Below are positions 48,567 through 58,477 of a stretch of 64,000 bases of DNA, piece after piece. The number at the start of each line of letters is the position of its first letter. Position 1 is the stretch's first letter. A program made the translations under genes and the position numbers. The notes beneath the pieces are model-generated. The model was not told the DNA's origin. It worked only from the letters and a program-made list of their open reading frames with translations, and made no database searches. The stretch covers positions 31,666-95,665 of the forward strand of contig CAVXFK010000002.1 in NCBI GenBank assembly GCA_963761005.1, in the 5' to 3' direction. This stretch comes from an uncultured Alphaproteobacteria bacterium. Its GTDB lineage: Bacteria; Pseudomonadota; Alphaproteobacteria; Rhizobiales; Afifellaceae.

Positions 48567-48590
48567 GGTTCCCGGCTCAGGCCGGGAACC
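48567..48590 (+). terminator. Intercistronic 10-bp hairpin between the binding-protein and ATPase genes
   Basis: GGTTCCCGGC-tcag-GCCGGGAACC. Confidence 0.45.
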
Positions 48591-48638
48591 ACCTCGCCTG
48601 CGGACGGCGCGGCGGATCGGCCTCGGAGACAGAAAACG

Positions 48639-51230
48639 ATGGAAGTATCTCCGGCGAAAGCGCTGACGGTCGTAGGCGCGACCAAACGCTTCGGCAACTC
48701 GCTGGCGCTCAACGACGTCGGGCTCAGCGTCGCGCCGGGTAGTGTCTGTGCGCTTGTCGGCGCCAACGGCTCCGGCAAGTCAACTCTGATCAAAGCCCTG
48801 GCCGGCTATCACACGCTCGACGCCGGAGTCGTGCACGTGCACGGCCAGGAGCTGAACCCGCACCGTCTCGGGGAACAGGCGAAGGCGGCGGGGCTGCGGT
48901 TCGTCCACCAGGACCTTGCGCTCATTCCGAGCCTCGACATCACCGACAACCTCGCCCTCGGACGGAGCTACCTGGTCAATTCGCTCGGGACGATCACCTG
49001 GAAGCGGGAGGAGGAACAGGTTCGCCGCCAGCTCGGCGGCGTCGGCATTGCGATCAGCCCGCGTGAGCGGGTTGCCAATCTCGGTCCCGTCGATCGCACG
49101 CTTGTCGCGATCGCGCGTGCGCTCGATCGATTGGACAGCCGCCTGAATATCCTGATCCTCGACGAGCCAACCGCGAGGCTGCCGCAATCCGAAGCCAGCA
49201 AGCTCATCTCGCGTCTCGAAGGGCTGAAGAACCTTGGCCTGCCGATCATCTACGTGACGCACCGGCTCGATGAGGTCTATCGACTGGCCGACACGGTGGC
49301 GGTGCTGAGAGACGGCCGCGAAGCCTTCAGCGGCCCGCTGTCGGCGGTGACGCCGGATGACCTTCGTAACCTGATAACCGGCGCGCCGAAGACAAGCCGG
49401 GAGCCGCCGAAGCGCGAAGCCGAGCCGCGCCTTGTCGCGAGCGGCGAGCTTGTGCTCGAGCTGAAGGACGTCAGCTCAAGGCGCCTCCGCGATGTCAGCC
49501 TGCGTCTTTATCGTGGCGAGGTGCTGGGCGTCACCGGGCTTGTCGGTTCGGGCAAGTCGGAGCTCGGGCGCATCATCTATGGCCTGCAATCGCATTCGAG
49601 CGGCGAGATCACGGTCGACGGCAAGTCGATCGACTCTCACCTCGCCGATCCGCGCGGGTCGGCGAAGGTCGGCTACATTCCCCAGGATCGCCGCGCCGGT
49701 CTCTTCCCGAGCCTCTCTGTGGAAGAGAACATCACCATAACGGCGGTCGACCGCCTGAAGAGCTGGTACGGGCTGTCGCACCGGCGTCTGATGGACGCGG
49801 CGCTGCGCGTCATCAACGCGCTCCGGGTGCAGCCGGCCGACGCGCGCGTTCCGGTAGGCGTGCTCTCAGGCGGCAATCAGCAGAAGGTGGCGCTCGGCAA
49901 GTGGCTGCAATTGCCGCTCGAGGTGCTGATCCTCGACGAGCCCACGCAGGCGATCGACATCGGCACCAAGCACGAGCTGATGACGACGATCAGAGCCCGC
50001 GCACGGTCGGAAGCTTTGGCCGTGCTGTGGCTCGAATCCGACATCGAAGAACTAGTCAAATACGCCGACCGCATCATCGTCATGAGCAGCGGGAGAATCA
50101 GTGCCGAATTTTCACAGCCGCCCTTTGACCTCTCGCAGGTCCTGTCGGAGGCATATCGGACGGTCGGGGACACCACGATGGTAGAAGATCTGACGAAGGA
50201 GGCTGGCGGGGTCGCGCAAGTTCAAGCGCCGGCGAGCGCGGAGCAGCCGAAGGCGCCGGCTCCGCTCAGAGCCGGCCTCAGGTGGGCCTGGTCGCTATTC
50301 CATAACTTCGGGCTCCTGGTGGCACTGGTCGCGCTGATCGCGGTCTTCTCCTTCCTGCGCCCCGATGCCTTTCCAACGGCCGCCAACGCCGGATCGATCC
50401 TGACAGGAAGCGCGGCGCTCGCCATGATCGCCATCGGCATCATGCTGCCGCTGATCGTTCAGCAATACGATCTTTCGGCCGGCTTCATGGCGACGATGTC
50501 CAGTCTCCTGGTCGTCGGTCTTCAGTCCTTCGATCACGCGCCGGTATGGATGTCGATCGTGGTGGCGCTTGTGGCATCCGGCATCGTCGGATTGATCAGC
50601 GGAGTCTTGGTGGCCTATGCCAAGCTGAACTCCCTCGTCGTCACGCTCGCCGTCGGCTCGCTCCTCTTCGGTGCGGCGCAGCTCTACTCGAACGGCGCGA
50701 CCATCTACCAGGACATACCCCAGTCGTTCATGGCGATAGGCCAATCGCGTGTCGCCGGCGTCCCGCTTCCCTTCATCTACGTGATGCTGGCGGCTCTCGT
50801 CATTTGGTACATCCTCGAATACCGCCCGCTCGGCCGGCATCTCTATGCGATCGGCGGCGGCGAGGAAGGCGCGCGCCTTGTCGGCATCAAGGTGGAGCGG
50901 CTGGTGGTGCTGATGTTTGTCGGCGCCGCTGTGATGGCCGGCCTTGGAGGCGTTGTGCAGTCGGCGCGCGTCGGCTCTGCCAACGCCAGCATCCTGCAGA
51001 CGCTCCTGCTCCCAGCGTTCACTGCCGCATTTCTCGGCGCCACCTCAATTCGTCCCGGGCAGTACAACGTCTGGGGCACCGTGCTCGCCGTTTATCTGGT
51101 CGGTGTCGGCACCACCGGCATCTTCATGCTCGGCGTGCCCTCCTACATCGAGCCGGTATTCAACGGCGCAGTCCTCCTGATCGCCATCGGCCTCGCCCAC
51201 GTCAGCGCCCGCCGGCTGTCGAGGTCATAA
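48639..51230 (+). CDS. Apparent fusion: tandem-NBD sugar ABC ATPase (aa 1-513) plus CUT2 permease (aa 514-863)
   Basis: GANGSGKST, ILILDEPT, LSGGNQQKVALGKWL and VLILDEPT are followed without a stop by MVEDLTKEAGG... and 8-10 TM segments with HLYAIGGGEEGARLVG. Confidence 0.8.
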   Translation: MEVSPAKALTVVGATKRFGNSLALNDVGLSVAPGSVCALVGANGSGKSTLIKALAGYHTLDAGVVHVHGQELNPHRLGEQAKAAGLRFVHQDLALIPSLDITDNLALGRSYLVNSLGTITWKREEEQVRRQLGGVGIAISPRERVANLGPVDRTLVAIARALDRLDSRLNILILDEPTARLPQSEASKLISRLEGLKNLGLPIIYVTHRLDEVYRLADTVAVLRDGREAFSGPLSAVTPDDLRNLITGAPKTSREPPKREAEPRLVASGELVLELKDVSSRRLRDVSLRLYRGEVLGVTGLVGSGKSELGRIIYGLQSHSSGEITVDGKSIDSHLADPRGSAKVGYIPQDRRAGLFPSLSVEENITITAVDRLKSWYGLSHRRLMDAALRVINALRVQPADARVPVGVLSGGNQQKVALGKWLQLPLEVLILDEPTQAIDIGTKHELMTTIRARARSEALAVLWLESDIEELVKYADRIIVMSSGRISAEFSQPPFDLSQVLSEAYRTVGDTTMVEDLTKEAGGVAQVQAPASAEQPKAPAPLRAGLRWAWSLFHNFGLLVALVALIAVFSFLRPDAFPTAANAGSILTGSAALAMIAIGIMLPLIVQQYDLSAGFMATMSSLLVVGLQSFDHAPVWMSIVVALVASGIVGLISGVLVAYAKLNSLVVTLAVGSLLFGAAQLYSNGATIYQDIPQSFMAIGQSRVAGVPLPFIYVMLAALVIWYILEYRPLGRHLYAIGGGEEGARLVGIKVERLVVLMFVGAAVMAGLGGVVQSARVGSANASILQTLLLPAFTAAFLGATSIRPGQYNVWGTVLAVYLVGVGTTGIFMLGVPSYIEPVFNGAVLLIAIGLAHVSARRLSRS

Positions 51231-51272
51231 GTAAGTGAACGCATCAACACGCAAGCCATTGAAGGGAAGAAT

Positions 51273-52292
51273 GTGATGGACCCGGCTGAACGCGTCGCTC
51301 TCGGTAAGACCGAACTCAAGGTGACCCGCATGGGAATGGGAACCGGGCCGCTTGGCCAGATCCATGACGACGCGAAGTGGGCCGAGATCTTCAATGCCGC
51401 GTGGGATTCGGGCATCCGCACGTTCGATACGTCGCCCTATTACGGCTTCGGAAACTCCGAGAAACGGCTTGGCAAAGTGCTCGCCGGCAAGAACCGCACC
51501 GACTACGTGCTTGCGACCAAGGTCGGTCGGCTGCTCCGTGCCGACGCGCCGGTCGATCCCTTCGCCGAGGCATTCTATTACCCCGGCGGAATGCCCGATA
51601 ACGTCCTGCGCACCGTCTATGACTACAGCGGCGCGGCGGCGCGCCAGTCGCTGATCGAAAGCCGCGAGCGGCTGGGGATCGACCGGATCGACATCGCGCA
51701 CATCCACGACATCGTGGAACTGGCATCAGGGATCAATCATGTCGACGAGGCGATCAACGAAGCCTATCCCGCGCTCGCCGAGCTCCGGGAGAAGGGCGAG
51801 ATCAAGGCCGTCGGCGTCGGCGCGCAGGTGAACAGCATTCTCATCAAGCTCGCCAATTCCTGCGCCTTCGACTGCTTCCTGATCGCGGGCCGTTACACGA
51901 TGCTCGACCAGAGCGCCGTCGACGAGGTGATGCCGCTCTGCCTTGCCAAGAACATCGCGGTGATCATTGGAAGCCCCTACAACACCGGCATCCTGCACGA
52001 CCCGAAGCCTGACTCGACCTTCGACTTCGTTCAGGCGCCGCCGGAGCTGATCGAGAAGGCGCAGAAGCTGAAGGCCATCTGCGGGAAATACAACGTCCCG
52101 CTGCCTGCCGCGGCGATCCAGTTTCCGCTGGCGCATCCGGCCGTGGCGCAGGTCCTGACCGGCGCGCGCAACGCTTCGGAGCTCCTGGAGAATGTGCGTC
52201 TGATGAAGGTCGAGATTCCTTCCGACCTTTGGAAGGAGATGCGCGCGAGCGGGCTGATCCATCCGAAAGCGCCGTTGCCGCGCGGTCACTGA
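51273..52292 (+). CDS. Aldo/keto reductase
   Basis: GIRTFDTSPYYGFGNSEKRLG and LATKVGR motifs. 339 aa. Confidence 0.88.
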   Translation: MMDPAERVALGKTELKVTRMGMGTGPLGQIHDDAKWAEIFNAAWDSGIRTFDTSPYYGFGNSEKRLGKVLAGKNRTDYVLATKVGRLLRADAPVDPFAEAFYYPGGMPDNVLRTVYDYSGAAARQSLIESRERLGIDRIDIAHIHDIVELASGINHVDEAINEAYPALAELREKGEIKAVGVGAQVNSILIKLANSCAFDCFLIAGRYTMLDQSAVDEVMPLCLAKNIAVIIGSPYNTGILHDPKPDSTFDFVQAPPELIEKAQKLKAICGKYNVPLPAAAIQFPLAHPAVAQVLTGARNASELLENVRLMKVEIPSDLWKEMRASGLIHPKAPLPRGH

Positions 52293-52329
52293 CGGCGCGG
52301 CGCTCCGCATGAAAGCAAGAGAGTGGCAG

Positions 52330-53091
52330 CTATTGAGCGGTGTAGCCGCCGTCGACCAGAAGGCCGTGACCGGTGACGAAGGATGCGTCCTCGGACGCCA
52401 GGAAGAGCGCCGCCCGGGCCATGTCCTCGGGTGTGCCGATCCGGCCGAGCGGGTGCTTCGAGAAGAGGTCGGCCTTCGCCGCTTCGGCATCGGGCTGCTG
52501 GCCGAGCCACTCCTCGTAGAGCCGCGTGTCGGTGGCGCCGGGGCAAAGCGCGTTGACCCTGACGCCATCGGGGGCAAGCTCCAGCGCGAGCGTCTTCGTG
52601 AAGCTGACCGCGCCCGCCTTGGTGAGCGCGTAGGCGGCGTTGCCCGCGGCGCCGACGAGGGCGTAGGTGGATCCGAGATTGATGATGTTGGGCGAGGATG
52701 AGCGCCTGAGATAGGGAATGGCCTCCCTCGACATCAGGAACATGCTCGTCAGGTTCTTGGTGATGATGAGGTCCCAGTCGCTGAGCGACATCACCTCCAC
52801 CGCCACGAGCTTCGAGACAGCGGCGTTGTTCACCAGGATGTCGATACCGCCGTAGCGGTCGACGGTGCTTTTCACCAGCGCCTTGGCCTCGGCTTCGATC
52901 GCAGCGTCGCAGCGCGAGAAGACAACGTCGAGGCCCTCGGCCTTGAGCTCGCGCTCAAGGTCCTGGCCCGGCTGCTCGGAGCGGGAGCAGAACGCGACGC
53001 GCGCCCCTTCCTCGGCGAAGAGGCGCACGATCGCGGCTCCAATACCCGTGGAGCCGCCCGTCACAATGGCAACCTTACCGGCTAGGCGCAT
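52330..53091 (-). CDS. SDR-family oxidoreductase
   Basis: VTGGSTGIG and YALTK motifs. Confidence 0.9.
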   Translation of the reverse strand: MRLAGKVAIVTGGSTGIGAAIVRLFAEEGARVAFCSRSEQPGQDLERELKAEGLDVVFSRCDAAIEAEAKALVKSTVDRYGGIDILVNNAAVSKLVAVEVMSLSDWDLIITKNLTSMFLMSREAIPYLRRSSSPNIINLGSTYALVGAAGNAAYALTKAGAVSFTKTLALELAPDGVRVNALCPGATDTRLYEEWLGQQPDAEAAKADLFSKHPLGRIGTPEDMARAALFLASEDASFVTGHGLLVDGGYTAQ

Positions 53092-53133
53092 GTCTCCCTC
53101 CGCGTCTGCGCCGCGCGCGGTCGCGGCGCGCCA

Positions 53134-54006
53134 TTATTTGGTCGGCTTAGTCGACCGCTTGTCCCAGGTCTTGCGAAAGCTCTTCACCGCGCGCTTTGCG
53201 AACTCGGCCGACGAAAGCTTCCAAAGCGAGTCGGCGTAGTCGTTGCCGAAGAGCCCGCAATCGGAGAACACCTCGACGTCGAACCAGCCGTCATAGCCGG
53301 CGGCTTCAAGTGTTCCGAAGATCATCGGAAGATCCATCTTCCCGTCGCCCGGGAGCACGCGGTCGGCCCAGCTGCGCACCGGCTCGCGCCAGTCGTTGAT
53401 CTGCACGCCGATGATCCGGTCCACGTATTTCTTGGTGTCCTCGACCCAGGTCGGCAGATCCCAAGTGTGCCAGGTGTCGTAGATGATCTCGATGTTGCCC
53501 GTGCCGATGTCTTCGATCATCTCGATCGTCTCGGGAAGCGTCGTCGCGATCGACCCGGCCTCTTTGCGGAGCAACTCGAGGCCGAGCGGCACTCCAACTT
53601 CGCCGGCTGTCTCGGCGGCTGCCTTCAGGCCGTCAACGACGATCTGCCGGGTCTTCTTGTCGTCAACACCCTCTTGCGGCGCTCCCGGCAGCACCATGAC
53701 GCCGAGCGGATCGAACGCCGCCAGCCGGCGGATCGCCGCGCAAAGCTCTTTGCGCCGGGAGGCCGCATCGACAGGCTCGCGGAAGAAATTGTCGGGCACG
53801 ATCGACGGCACTTCGGGAACGCACAAGGTGGCCTTAAGGCCTGATTTGAGCAGCTCTTCGCGGAGTCTTTCGTCCTGCCCCTTGGGAAGCTTGTATTCCC
53901 AGATGCCGACACCATCGACGCCGGCCGCCTTGTAGGCGACCAAGTCCTCTTCGAAGGACGCGGTATAGGTGCTGCTTTGAGAGATGGAGAGTTTCGGATA
54001 GCTCAT
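53134..54006 (-). CDS. Sugar phosphate isomerase/epimerase (xylose-isomerase-like TIM barrel)
   Basis: GLELLRKEAGSI, IIYDTWHTW and VQINDW motifs. Start at ATG 54006. Confidence 0.83.
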   Translation of the reverse strand: MSYPKLSISQSSTYTASFEEDLVAYKAAGVDGVGIWEYKLPKGQDERLREELLKSGLKATLCVPEVPSIVPDNFFREPVDAASRRKELCAAIRRLAAFDPLGVMVLPGAPQEGVDDKKTRQIVVDGLKAAAETAGEVGVPLGLELLRKEAGSIATTLPETIEMIEDIGTGNIEIIYDTWHTWDLPTWVEDTKKYVDRIIGVQINDWREPVRSWADRVLPGDGKMDLPMIFGTLEAAGYDGWFDVEVFSDCGLFGNDYADSLWKLSSAEFAKRAVKSFRKTWDKRSTKPTK

Positions 54007-54148
54007 TGATGCGCCTCGGTCCCTGAGCGCACATCCTCGCATTGGCGTCTGTCATGGGCGATGGCCGACCTGCCCAAGCCGGGGCAAAAGGTTTGTACCA
54101 TTTGCCAGCCGGAAAAGTTGCCAGCCGGAAGAGCTGGCACCCTTGCTG

Positions 54149-56111
54149 TCACGACTCGGCTTGGGCTGTGCTCGCCAGATCGAGGATACGAAGCGCAAGC
54201 TCAAGCGTCAGACGGTCTTCGGTGTCCTGCAGGGTGAGGCCGGTCAGCTCTTCCAGCTTGGTCAGCCGGTAGCGGATCGTATGGACATGCAGGCCAAGCT
54301 CGCGGGCGGCAAGCGAGAGGCTCGATCCGTTCGCCAGGTAGGTTCGAAGCGTTCCGATGAGGAAGCCTTTCTGCTTCTGGTCATGCTCGATGACGCTGGC
54401 GAGCGCGCGCTGACTGAAGGCCACGGCATCGCGGCTCGCGGTCGCGCCGATGATCAGCCGGTAGGCGCCCAGGCTGGCGGCGTCGACGACAGCACTCTCG
54501 GTCCAGGGTCGCGTCTCGACCGCGAGGCGCGCCTCCTGAAACATTTGCGGCACCAGAAGCGGGTCGCTGATGACTTCGGTGAGCGCGAACCGAATCCGCG
54601 CGCCGGTCGAGGTCAGTACCACGGAGGCGATCGACTCAAGCTTCTCGGTCGCGTTGAACTTGACGTCGCGCTGGCCGGCAGACCAGGCAAGCACCACGCG
54701 TTCGCCGCGAACTGTCGCAACGGTCGGAACGGTCTGCGTCTTCAGAACCTGCTGCGCGATGGAGCAGACTTCGCGGAGAATGTTCCCGTCCACCGGAGAC
54801 GCGCCGCTCCCAGATTCGCCGCGACGGAGCTTGCCGACCGCGAGCTGAAGCGGCGGCGGCAGTGCCTGGAACGATCCGGCACTCTTCGGGACGTTCCCGT
54901 CGAGGAGCCGTTCGAGTAAGTCGGCACGCCCGCGCACGACGCCTTCTTCGAGCGCGCGTTCGCGTACGAACACGGTGGAGGCGATGAGCGCGGCCATTTC
55001 GGCGAGCGCGACGTTGACGTTTGGCGACACCGGATCGGCGGCTTCCACGAGCACATAGCCGAGCAGGTCGGCGCCGCTCACGATCGGGCTCACGACGAGA
55101 TGGTTTCCATCCTCCATCGCTGCGCGCGGGTGGAGGTCCTCGGCGACACGACGCAGCAGCTCCGGGCAGGGCTCAGAATCGAGCATCTCCTTCAGGTCCG
55201 CGTGAGCGATCGCAGGCTCGGCCGCCCTGACCCGCGCAAGACCATCGAGAATGTAAGCGCGCGAGGAGGTCAGGCAGGCGAGGCGGGTGGTCAGCGCTCC
55301 GAGGCCGAGTTCCTGGCGGGCAATCTGCGACATCGAGTTCGAGGGCCGAAAGGCGCTGGCCGAGCTCGTCGCGTTGGCGGGTGATCTCGTCGTTCAACAC
55401 TTCGAGCCGGACGCGGTTCACGTGTTCGGATTCGAAAAGGCGCGCGTTCACGATTGCGATTGCTGCAATCTGTGCGAAGTCCTCAAGCATTGCGAGGTCT
55501 TCGCTTGTGAAGGTCTGCTTGTTGTGCAGGGTATCGACGACGAGCACGCCAAGCACGGTTCCCTTGAAGACCAGGGGCGCGGTCATCGCCGCCTTGGGTG
55601 CTCGCGGTCCTTCGCTTGCCTCCTGGAAGTACTGATACGTCTCAGGCGTCGCGTCGGCGACCGCAGCGAAGACGGCTTCTTGGTCAGGATAAATCTCGCC
55701 GCGACCGCTGAGGAACGCGCGCCCGGCTGCCGCCTCGCCGGGTTTCAGGGAGAGCTTGAAGATGCTCGGACCGAAACCGACGGAGTTGGTCACGACCAGC
55801 CGCCCCGAGGTTGGGTCCTCCAGGTAGAGCGTCCCGGCATCGGCGGCAGGAATAACGGCGATCGCCCTGACGAGAACCTGATGCACGATCTCGGAGAGGT
55901 CGAGCTCGGAGGTGAGCATCCGCGCGACTTCGAGAAGCGTGGTCAGACGCTTGAGGCGGGCATCCTGCGGGCGATCACCGCCCGCGCGCGGCATCCGTGT
56001 GACCGGGCTTCTCTCGGCGCTTGAGGCCAGGACTTCCGAAGCGCGGCTGTGTGCATGCGGCGTGCGGCGTGCGGGCGCCTTGCGCTGCAACTCCTTCACC
56101 GACTTGTCCAT
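54149..56111 (-). pseudogene. GAF-domain / PucR-type HTH transcriptional regulator, apparently split by a frameshift near 55335
   Basis: The upstream ORF (56111->55173) holds a GAF domain plus coiled coil and ends in about 50 aa of junk. The downstream ORF (55333->54149) overlaps it by 160 nt and ends in the PucR HTH (LGLHVHTIRYRLTKLEELTG). Confidence 0.68.
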
Positions 56112-56271
56112 TTTCTTTTTGTCTCCCTAGACGGATCGAGTGAAACAGACGGCACCTCCTCCGTCCACCGTCGTCGGCGATCGGATTCTCCGATCCAGCG
56201 CGTCAAAGGCGGAAAGGCTGCAGCCGTGCGTTGTCGGAAGGCGAGGCGGCCTCTCGATTGCTGCGATGCAC

Positions 56272-57174
56272 TCAGTCGTCGACCGGACCGCCGACTGAAG
56301 CCTCCAACACCAGACGGACGGCTGCGGTGTCCTCCTGACCGTGGCCTGCGGCAATCGCTGCCTGGTAGAGCGGCGCCGTCGCGTCGAAGAGCGGCGTCGC
56401 CGCGCCGATCTGCTGCGCAAACTCCTTGATGAGGCGCATGTCCTTTTGCCACACGTCGAGCTTCATCGTAGGCGGCTCGTAGACATTTCGGACGATCATC
56501 GGTCCGCGCACCTCAAGAATGCGGGACTGGCCCGCGCCAGCGCACAGGACCTCGCAGAGGGTCGTGGGATCGAGGCCGCAGCGAAGGCCGAGCGACAACG
56601 CTTCCGCGGCGGCGACATTGTGGACTGCAACGAGAAGGTTGGCGACGAATTTCATGCGCGTGCCGTTGCCGAACGCGCCGAGATAGATCGCCCGGCGGGA
56701 AAAGTCGGCGAACACCGGCTGACAGCGTTCGGCGACGCCTTTGTCGCCGCTGACATAGAGCACGATGTCGCCGGCGGCGGCTTGAGCGCCGGTGCCGCTG
56801 ATCGGCGTATCCAGCATCGCGACGCGCACAGCCGCGAGTCGATCGAATGCGCGGACCTTGCCGCGCAGAGACAGCGTGCTGAGTTCCACTAGCACTTGGC
56901 CCGGCCGTCTTCGTGCACCGAGAATGGCGTCGACCGTCACTTGGAGAGCTTCGTCACTCGGGAGACTGGTCAGGAGCAGATCCGCCGACTCCGCCACGGC
57001 CGCAGCGGAATCTGCTATTTGAAGGTTGTTCCCGGAGATTGCTTCGCAGCGCGCGCTGTCCGTGTCGAAGCCGATCACCTCCCGCCCGGCGCCCGCTAGG
57101 TGACGCGCAACGGACGAGCCCATGATGCCGAGCCCAATCACCCCGACCGAGAGTGGCCACCCATCTTGTTTCAT
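56272..57174 (-). CDS. NAD(P)-dependent oxidoreductase, 3-hydroxyisobutyrate/tartronate-semialdehyde reductase family
   Basis: VGVIGLGIMGSSVARHL and MKFVANLLVAVHNVA motifs. Confidence 0.88.
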   Translation of the reverse strand: MKQDGWPLSVGVIGLGIMGSSVARHLAGAGREVIGFDTDSARCEAISGNNLQIADSAAAVAESADLLLTSLPSDEALQVTVDAILGARRRPGQVLVELSTLSLRGKVRAFDRLAAVRVAMLDTPISGTGAQAAAGDIVLYVSGDKGVAERCQPVFADFSRRAIYLGAFGNGTRMKFVANLLVAVHNVAAAEALSLGLRCGLDPTTLCEVLCAGAGQSRILEVRGPMIVRNVYEPPTMKLDVWQKDMRLIKEFAQQIGAATPLFDATAPLYQAAIAAGHGQEDTAAVRLVLEASVGGPVDD

Positions 57175-57232
57175 TGCGCTCCCGTCCCCGGGCTCCTTGT
57201 TTCCAAAGCCCTTTGGTTGCTCGCAACGGAGG

Positions 57233-58477
57233 CTAAAGCAGAAGTCGCTCGTCGAAAGGCGCGCGCGACATCACGTGCGGCTCGTCCTCGGTGACGAGCA
57301 CCATCTCCTCCAATCTGACGCCGCCGCCCCCGCGCACTCCCTCGACCCAGATGAGGGGCTCGACGGCAAACACCATGCCGGGCTCGAATTCATAGACAGG
57401 CGCGCCGGGCAGCGTCTCGCCGATATAGGGCGGCTCGTTGGCGCCGATACCGACGCCGTGGCCGATGAACAGCGACAGCATGCGGCCGCCGAGCCCGTAG
57501 CTGTCGGCCGTGCGGATCAGAGCTTCCGCTGCGTCCTTGTTGGTCCGGCCCGGCCGCATCTCGGCGATGCCGGCCTGAAGGCCACGATACACGGCCGTAT
57601 AGATCTTCTTTTGCTCGTCCAACGGCTTGCCGCAGATGACGGCGCGCGCGACGTCGCCGAAGTAGCCGCCCCAACACGCGCCGATGTCGATGAAGACGAT
57701 GTCGCCATGGCGGATGAGCTTGTCGCTGCAGATGCGGTGCGGCGGCGCCATGTTCTCGCCCGAGGCGACGAACGGCGTCATGACGTGCGCGTATTCGCCG
57801 CCGAGGCGAAAGAGGGTCCGCATCGCTTCCCCCGCGACCTCGCACTCGCGCACGCCGTCGGCGACCGCGGCGGTTGCCGTCGCGGTCACCGCGTCCGCGA
57901 GCGCGGTCGCCTCTTCGAGCAGCACGATCTCCTCGGGAAGCTTGTTCTTGCGCGCCTGTTGCATCGGTGTGTCGCCGTCTTCGACCGCGAGCTTCGGGAA
58001 GTGCGCGGCAAGCGCCTTGGTGAAAACCATGTTCGACTCGTCGAGTCCGAGCTTGGCATTGGTCAGGCCATGCGCCTTGAGCACAGGGCCCAGGATGTCC
58101 TTCATCAGCCCCTCGACCAGCGCCTTCTCCTCGATGATTGGAATCGTATGGGCCTCTTCGATCCAGGGCATCGTCCGATCGACCCGATCGCGTTCTCCGC
58201 CCGAGCAGAAGAGAATCGGCGGCTTGCCTTCAACGAGAAGTGCGCCGTTCAGCGCCGTCGTCTTGCCGGCGATCAATTGCGGGCGGAGATCCGTCAGATA
58301 GCGGCAGTTCTCGTCCTTCCAGACCAATAGAGCATCGAGACCGGCGGCGCGTCGCTGCGCGTCCGCCTTGGCGATGCGTTTCGCACGAAGCCCGGCGAGA
58401 TCGACGCGGCGCTCGTAGCCGACGTGAAACGGTCCTTGGGCGAAGCGGTCCGGCCCTGCCGCGGCGACGGGGCTCAT
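57233..58477 (-). CDS. M24-family metallopeptidase (Xaa-Pro peptidase/creatinase fold) with the complete metal-ligand set
   Basis: IVFIDIG, GYFGDVAR, GHGVGI, FAVEP and RLEEM. ATGA overlap with the upstream dehydrogenase. Confidence 0.88.
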   Translation of the reverse strand: MSPVAAAGPDRFAQGPFHVGYERRVDLAGLRAKRIAKADAQRRAAGLDALLVWKDENCRYLTDLRPQLIAGKTTALNGALLVEGKPPILFCSGGERDRVDRTMPWIEEAHTIPIIEEKALVEGLMKDILGPVLKAHGLTNAKLGLDESNMVFTKALAAHFPKLAVEDGDTPMQQARKNKLPEEIVLLEEATALADAVTATATAAVADGVRECEVAGEAMRTLFRLGGEYAHVMTPFVASGENMAPPHRICSDKLIRHGDIVFIDIGACWGGYFGDVARAVICGKPLDEQKKIYTAVYRGLQAGIAEMRPGRTNKDAAEALIRTADSYGLGGRMLSLFIGHGVGIGANEPPYIGETLPGAPVYEFEPGMVFAVEPLIWVEGVRGGGGVRLEEMVLVTEDEPHVMSRAPFDERLLL

